Assembly: GCA_050250895.1 (NCBI GenBank)
Contig: JBFWNU010000001.1
Span: 352,001 to 416,000, forward strand
Source: Vulcanimicrobiota bacterium
Lineage (GTDB): Bacteria; Vulcanimicrobiota; Xenobia; Xenobiales; JADMJV01
Reading direction: 5' to 3'
DNA: 64,000 nucleotides
Shown: piece by piece, positions 59,269-64,000 of the stretch
How the letters are laid out: each line of letters begins with the position of its first letter
How positions within the stretch are numbered: position 1 is the stretch's first letter
Program-made: the position numbers and the translations under genes
The notes under the pieces: generated by a model
Told to the model about the DNA's origin: nothing
Databases searched by the model: none
The model's input: only the letters and a program-made list of their open reading frames with translations

Positions 59269-61962
59269 ATGTTCTGGGCCCTCGCGCTTGCTGCTCCTTC
59301 AGCCTTCGGCGCCATGCTCTGCTACCGGGCCTTGCGGCTCAAAGATCCCCTCACGGTGGTGGCGGTCGGCACGGCTCTCGGTTGGGTCGTGGCTTTGATG
59401 GTGACCAACTGCTGGCTACTGCTGGGGTTCGAGGTCGGCAGGGCCATCTGGCTGACGCTAGGCCTCGAGGGACTGAGCGCCGTCATCCTGGCCACCCGGG
59501 GCCGGCCCAGGTGGGAACGGCTCGGGCTTTCACGGGCATCGTGGGCTTTTTTACTGGTGGGAGCAGGCCTGGTCCACTTCTATGTGGCCAGCACCTATGC
59601 CGATGACGACTTCTTCTTGCACGCCCCCATGCAGGCCCAGTTGCTCCACGGCACCTTTCCGGTGGTAAACCCCTTCTTTCCCGAGGTGTCGTACGGAGGC
59701 CACTACGCCCGCGACCTGCTGATCGTGATGTGGGCCGAGACCAGCGGCTGGCCCCTCTATACCTGTCAGACACCGGTCACCTCGCTCCTTCAGGTGGTCA
59801 GCTTTCTGGTGCTCTATCTGGCCTGTCTGCGCCAGACCGATTCTCAGACCCAGGCGTGCCTGGCCACCAGCCTGGTCTTCGCCGGCGTCAACGCCGGGTT
59901 TCGCGGGGGTTGGATCGATACTGTCACGAACAACAACGCCATTGCCCATCTCACCTTCTCGCTGTGTTTCTTTCTCTTGCTCGAGGCCCTCTTCAAGCAG
60001 CCCTCGCCCGCGGCCTCGACCCTGGCCGGCGTCGCGCTGGGCGGGTTCGCCTGGGCCTATGAGACCGACTTCGTGATGACGGCCCTGGCTTTGTGCCTGC
60101 TGGCCGCCACCGTAGCCCTGTGGAACAAACTCGAGCGACGCCAACTCCTTACGGCCGCGGTCATCGTGGCCGTATCGGCCCCCCTGGCCGCCGTCCAGGG
60201 CGGCCTGCTCAAGAACCTGGTAGACAAGGTCACCCGACCGGCTCCAGCCGAGCCCCTCGACCCCATCCTCCAGAGCCAGAATCTCGAAGTCTCGCTGCGC
60301 TTTCCCAAAGAAAACCTGGGGGCCATCAAGCTCGAGCGAGGCGAGGGAGAAGAACTCTCGCTGGCCTACCAGACCCTGCCTGGCTTTCGGCACCACGCCC
60401 CTCGGCCCCAGCGGCCTGGCTATGTGAACGTCTTCTCGTGGTCGGTGTTGCGAATCCACTGGCTTCCACTCTATCTAGCCCCGCTCACCCTGATATGGCT
60501 CTGGCGCCGTCGCCACCCCACCGGCCTACTCCTATGGTACTTCGGCTTGATGGCCTACATGTTGCCGGCCCTGATCGACTTTGGACTGTGGGAGGCTGAA
60601 GTCTTTCGCTTTGAATACGCGGCCTCGTGGGGCTTCGCGGGAGCCCTGGGACTGGCCCTGGGAGATTGGTTCGAGCAACGTCCCGGACCCGGCGTCCTGT
60701 TTCGGGCAGGTTGTCTCGAACTGGGCCCCCGCGGTCTAGCCGGGGTGGTCACCGCCCTGCTGGTCTGGGCCAGCCTCTACCCCAGCGCCTATCAACTCAC
60801 CGAGCGACGTAGTCACCTGCGTTACCCGACCGAAGGGCTGGCTTTCGAATCCCTCCACCCCTGGGCCGAGCGCCGGGCCAACCTTAACCTCTACCCCGCC
60901 GACATCGACTGCGCCCTCTGGCTGGGGAGAAACCTCGAATCGGGCGACGGACTGCTGACCAATTTTCGCGAGGAAGGTCCCTCCAACGTGCTCTTCGAGG
61001 CCGCCTTCCTGGGTCTGTGCGGAGCCCAGCCGTTGGGCCACGCCTTTCCCCTACCTCATGAGGCCCTGGGCACCTGGCCGTTCCGCCAGACCGCGCCGGC
61101 TCGAGCCTTCTGGCAGAGCCTCGATACCAGCCTGTTGGTCAACTTCGAAGCTCGCTGGCTGTTCGTGCGCGGGGCTCCCGAGGTGGCCGCCCGCCTCGGA
61201 TCGCAACTCGAGCTGGCCTACCAAAGCCAGGACCGCTACCTTTTTGCCTGCTCTATCCCGAAGGTCGAACTGCCCGCGTCAGACGGCCAGTCTCCCCTGG
61301 TGGCCGAGAACCTGGTCCTGCCCGAGAAGCTACCCATCGAGGCCTACCGGCAGCTCGAGTTCACCCTGTCCAATCCTTCTTCGCAGACCATCGAGGGGCA
61401 CTATCTCTATTATGAGCTGAGTTCTGGGGATGGCCTCATCGACCCGCGCGAGCGTTTCTTGCAGCCGATCGATCTGAAACTGCGGCCGGGTCAAAGCCAG
61501 CAGGTGGCGCTGCATCTGGTCACGCCCCACCTCGAGGGCGACTATCAGTTGCAACTCTATCTCGACGGCAAAGCCCTGGCCATGAGTCGTGCCCCGCTCA
61601 CAGTCAAGGCCCGAACCGCCTTCGGCCAACTGGCCATCGCAGCGGCCACTCCCCTCGACCCGACCCGACCTGGCCAGCTGCAGCGCTACCGAATCCAGCT
61701 GAGCGCCCCTCTGCCGGTAGAGGTTCTGGCCGGCCTTCAGGCCGGCGCCGAGGAACCCGGCCTGCACGAGTGGAGGGACTACCGCCGCCTGCCGGCCGGC
61801 GCCAGCGAACTCGAACTCGCCGTCAGTCTACCTCCCCAGCCAGGTCCGGTCCGTGTCTGGCTGCTCTTGTTGCCCCGCGACGGTGCGGTTGTCTATGAGT
61901 TGCCCGTTCAAAATCAGCCAGTGTCGCATGCCTTCAGTCTAGCGGACGGCTATGAACTGTAG
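59269..61962 (+). CDS. Polytopic membrane protein with C-terminal Ig-like domains (possibly GT-C-fold glycosyltransferase-like)
   Basis: More than 10 hydrophobic helices; acidic DDDFFLH loop after the early TM segments; beta-rich C-terminus. Confidence 0.6.
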   Translation: MFWALALAAPSAFGAMLCYRALRLKDPLTVVAVGTALGWVVALMVTNCWLLLGFEVGRAIWLTLGLEGLSAVILATRGRPRWERLGLSRASWAFLLVGAGLVHFYVASTYADDDFFLHAPMQAQLLHGTFPVVNPFFPEVSYGGHYARDLLIVMWAETSGWPLYTCQTPVTSLLQVVSFLVLYLACLRQTDSQTQACLATSLVFAGVNAGFRGGWIDTVTNNNAIAHLTFSLCFFLLLEALFKQPSPAASTLAGVALGGFAWAYETDFVMTALALCLLAATVALWNKLERRQLLTAAVIVAVSAPLAAVQGGLLKNLVDKVTRPAPAEPLDPILQSQNLEVSLRFPKENLGAIKLERGEGEELSLAYQTLPGFRHHAPRPQRPGYVNVFSWSVLRIHWLPLYLAPLTLIWLWRRRHPTGLLLWYFGLMAYMLPALIDFGLWEAEVFRFEYAASWGFAGALGLALGDWFEQRPGPGVLFRAGCLELGPRGLAGVVTALLVWASLYPSAYQLTERRSHLRYPTEGLAFESLHPWAERRANLNLYPADIDCALWLGRNLESGDGLLTNFREEGPSNVLFEAAFLGLCGAQPLGHAFPLPHEALGTWPFRQTAPARAFWQSLDTSLLVNFEARWLFVRGAPEVAARLGSQLELAYQSQDRYLFACSIPKVELPASDGQSPLVAENLVLPEKLPIEAYRQLEFTLSNPSSQTIEGHYLYYELSSGDGLIDPRERFLQPIDLKLRPGQSQQVALHLVTPHLEGDYQLQLYLDGKALAMSRAPLTVKARTAFGQLAIAAATPLDPTRPGQLQRYRIQLSAPLPVEVLAGLQAGAEEPGLHEWRDYRRLPAGASELELAVSLPPQPGPVRVWLLLLPRDGAVVYELPVQNQPVSHAFSLADGYEL

Positions 61963-62056
61963 ATTGCCGCGGGCGAGCCAGGCGCGATCTTGTTAAAACA
62001 ATGTTGCCTCGAGAAGGGCCGAGAGGTTCCGGTCAGCCGAGGTGCAATCTAGCTAG

Positions 62057-62833
62057 ATGCTCAAGGACATCCTCAGCGGTTTCGTCGCCCTCTTTCAAAG
62101 CGAGTCTTATGACGGCGTCGACCGGCGCAAGGTCATTCGGCTACGCTGCCGCTATTCGGTCTATGTCCTCTACAAGAACCAGGTCCTGACGGCCACCGCC
62201 GTCGACATGGGCCTGCAGGGCATTCGGCTCGACGTGCGCGAGAAACTCAAAAAGGGCATCCCGGCTGTCTTGCTTTATCGGGGCGCGGTGGGCCAAAAGC
62301 CGGTGCTCACGCTGCCCGACATCCAGCGCGACCTCGAGGCCGCCCGCGGCGAGGGAGTCCACTGCGAAGTGACCTGGTGTCGCCAGGACCGCTACTCCAA
62401 GAAGATCCAGGCCGGACTTCGCTATGTCGACACCCCCCAGCGGATGGGCCGGTCCTGGGTCAAGAAGATCCTGCGCGAGATCGGCTTCGACGAATCGACC
62501 ATCTTCCAGCGCCGCAAAATCGTGCGCGTGATGGCCTCGATCCCCTACGAAACCCGCACTCCAGATGGCCCCGTCAAGGGGCTGGTCCTCAATCTCGGAG
62601 CTGGCGGCGCGCTGCTCCAATCCGAGAGTCCACTGCCCACGATCGTCAAGCTGCACATCGGCCCCTACAAAAACATGGAGTATCTCAACATCTCGGGCAA
62701 GGTGGTGACCTGCCGCCATGAACCCACCAGCAACTCTTTCTTGCAGGGGCTTCGCTTCCAGGGCACCTCCCCCGCCGAGGTCGACCTGCTGGGCAAGTAC
62801 ATCATGAGCCTGCTCAAGGACAACATGGTGTAG
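62057..62833 (+). CDS. Tandem PilZ-domain protein
   Basis: RRKVIR...DMGLQG and RRKIVR...NLGAGG. Confidence 0.8.
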   Translation: MLKDILSGFVALFQSESYDGVDRRKVIRLRCRYSVYVLYKNQVLTATAVDMGLQGIRLDVREKLKKGIPAVLLYRGAVGQKPVLTLPDIQRDLEAARGEGVHCEVTWCRQDRYSKKIQAGLRYVDTPQRMGRSWVKKILREIGFDESTIFQRRKIVRVMASIPYETRTPDGPVKGLVLNLGAGGALLQSESPLPTIVKLHIGPYKNMEYLNISGKVVTCRHEPTSNSFLQGLRFQGTSPAEVDLLGKYIMSLLKDNMV

Positions 62834-62842
62834 CGACAGGAT

Positions 62843-63799
62843 TCAAGGCTGAGAGAACATGGATCGGGTCGCCTCGGCGATGTCCGGCACGCCGGCCACG
62901 ACGGGGAGGCAAAGGTCTAGCGACAATCCGCCAAAAGTTCCAAGCATGAGCTTTCGGAAGTCTGTCGTTCGCATGAACTCCTCCGGATACTCCTCGAATC
63001 CGAACGGAGTGCGGAGTCGATAAGTCGAAGCAGGAAGCCATTCCTCATAGAACCTCCTCCATGAGGCCTCGAGGGCGACCACATTGCCATGCGCGTGCAT
63101 AATCGCCATCAACCCCGAAGGCAGCGTTCGAGAATGAAGATGGTTGGGAAGATCGATAGCCAGAAGCTCATCTCCGAGAACGGCACACTCGTAGCGATAC
63201 TTTGACGGCTCGGTGCAGCTCCAGTCGTCAAACCATAGGCCGAAGTATCGAAGTGATGCCGAAGGCGCGTGACTGTCGAGCCAGCCCAACAGCTCGGCCC
63301 AAGCCTGGGCGATGCCCGCGACGGAGGAGTATGTTCGCAGACAGAGGACCCGGTGTTCAGGCCACCCCTCGACTCTCACCGAGGCCACCTCCTGGCGGGG
63401 GGGGTGATAGCGCCCTTGATCGCTCAAGTGAAGGGCCCGCTCCCTGAAGGCGCTTGGCCCCAGGCCGAAAAGCTTGCCGAAAGCACGGGTAAAACTCGAG
63501 GGAGTGGAAAAGCCGCAGGTTACCGCCACCTCCGAACACGACAGGTCGGATAAGAGGAGAAAGCCAGCGGCCGCCTCCAGCCGTAGCCTCAAGACATGGC
63601 TTTTATACGACTCACCCACGACGCTACGAAAGGCCAGGTGGAAATGAGAGCGCGAAAGACCCACCCGGGTCGCCATTTCGGCGGCGGAAGGCGGGTTGGC
63701 CAGGGCGGACTCCACGATTCGCACTGCCTGCAAGACCGAGGAACGAAGTTCGAGCTGAGTCGCCTTCTTCTTGGCCAGATGCGAAAAATCGAGTAACAC
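62843..63799 (-). CDS. AraC-family regulator with GyrI-like effector domain
   Basis: LSRSHFHLAF...CGFSTPSSFTRAF HTH; YRYECAV and EWLPAS GyrI-like part. Confidence 0.9.
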   Translation of the reverse strand: MLLDFSHLAKKKATQLELRSSVLQAVRIVESALANPPSAAEMATRVGLSRSHFHLAFRSVVGESYKSHVLRLRLEAAAGFLLLSDLSCSEVAVTCGFSTPSSFTRAFGKLFGLGPSAFRERALHLSDQGRYHPPRQEVASVRVEGWPEHRVLCLRTYSSVAGIAQAWAELLGWLDSHAPSASLRYFGLWFDDWSCTEPSKYRYECAVLGDELLAIDLPNHLHSRTLPSGLMAIMHAHGNVVALEASWRRFYEEWLPASTYRLRTPFGFEEYPEEFMRTTDFRKLMLGTFGGLSLDLCLPVVAGVPDIAEATRSMFSQP

Positions 63800-63850
63800 T
63801 CCCCCGTCCCTCCAGGGGAAGACTACTCGATCTTTGCAAGCGGTCCTTCT

Positions 63851-64000
63851 CTATCGAGTTCTGCCGTTGACGAAAACCGCGAACGGAGATTGGAACGTGC
63901 CTATCTCCTGGCCGCTCAAATCCAACACCGCAAAAGTAAAGATATCACCCGGCTGCAAGCCTCCCGTAATGAGCAGATCCAGGAAGATGCTCTGGTTGGA
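63851..64000 (-). CDS. 3' end of a CDS truncated by the window edge
   Basis: Open frame SNQSIFLDLL...FVNGRTR* ending at 63851. Confidence 0.5.
   Translation of the reverse strand, partial: SNQSIFLDLLITGGLQPGDIFTFAVLDLSGQEIGTFQSPFAVFVNGRTR

Overview
GC-rich bacterial chromosome window. The gene content (clustered pilin-like genes, tandem PilZ protein, large membrane proteins) tentatively suggests Ca. Eremiobacterota/Xenobia, which is an inference only. From left to right: a Cys-motif protein with a P1B-4 heavy-metal ATPase; a small PqqD/RRE-like protein fused to a twin-arginine-like segment and a 12-Cys tail; a compact pyrBICDEF operon; a DUF2135/YfaP-like lipoprotein; and sbcDC, whose SbcD has lost several metal ligands. 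Next is an accessory island (about 15.8-22 kb) with two orphan Rhs toxin/immunity modules, each closed by the same ~210-bp hairpin-rich repeat, plus an HNH gene and an Rpn C-terminal remnant. After it come a GAF histidine kinase, a minor-pilin/PilC cluster, ferritin, a large secreted protein, YihY and a VIT-like gene. A ~22-kb minus-strand operon follows: pfaD-pfaA(6 ACP)-pfaBC-[unknown 1024-aa triple-repeat membrane protein]-oleB-oleC-oleD, with no oleA. The window ends with a hybrid PAS/GAF kinase, a polytopic membrane protein, a double-PilZ protein and an AraC/GyrI regulator. No rRNA, tRNA or CRISPR array was recognised. All family calls come from motif recognition, not database searches.
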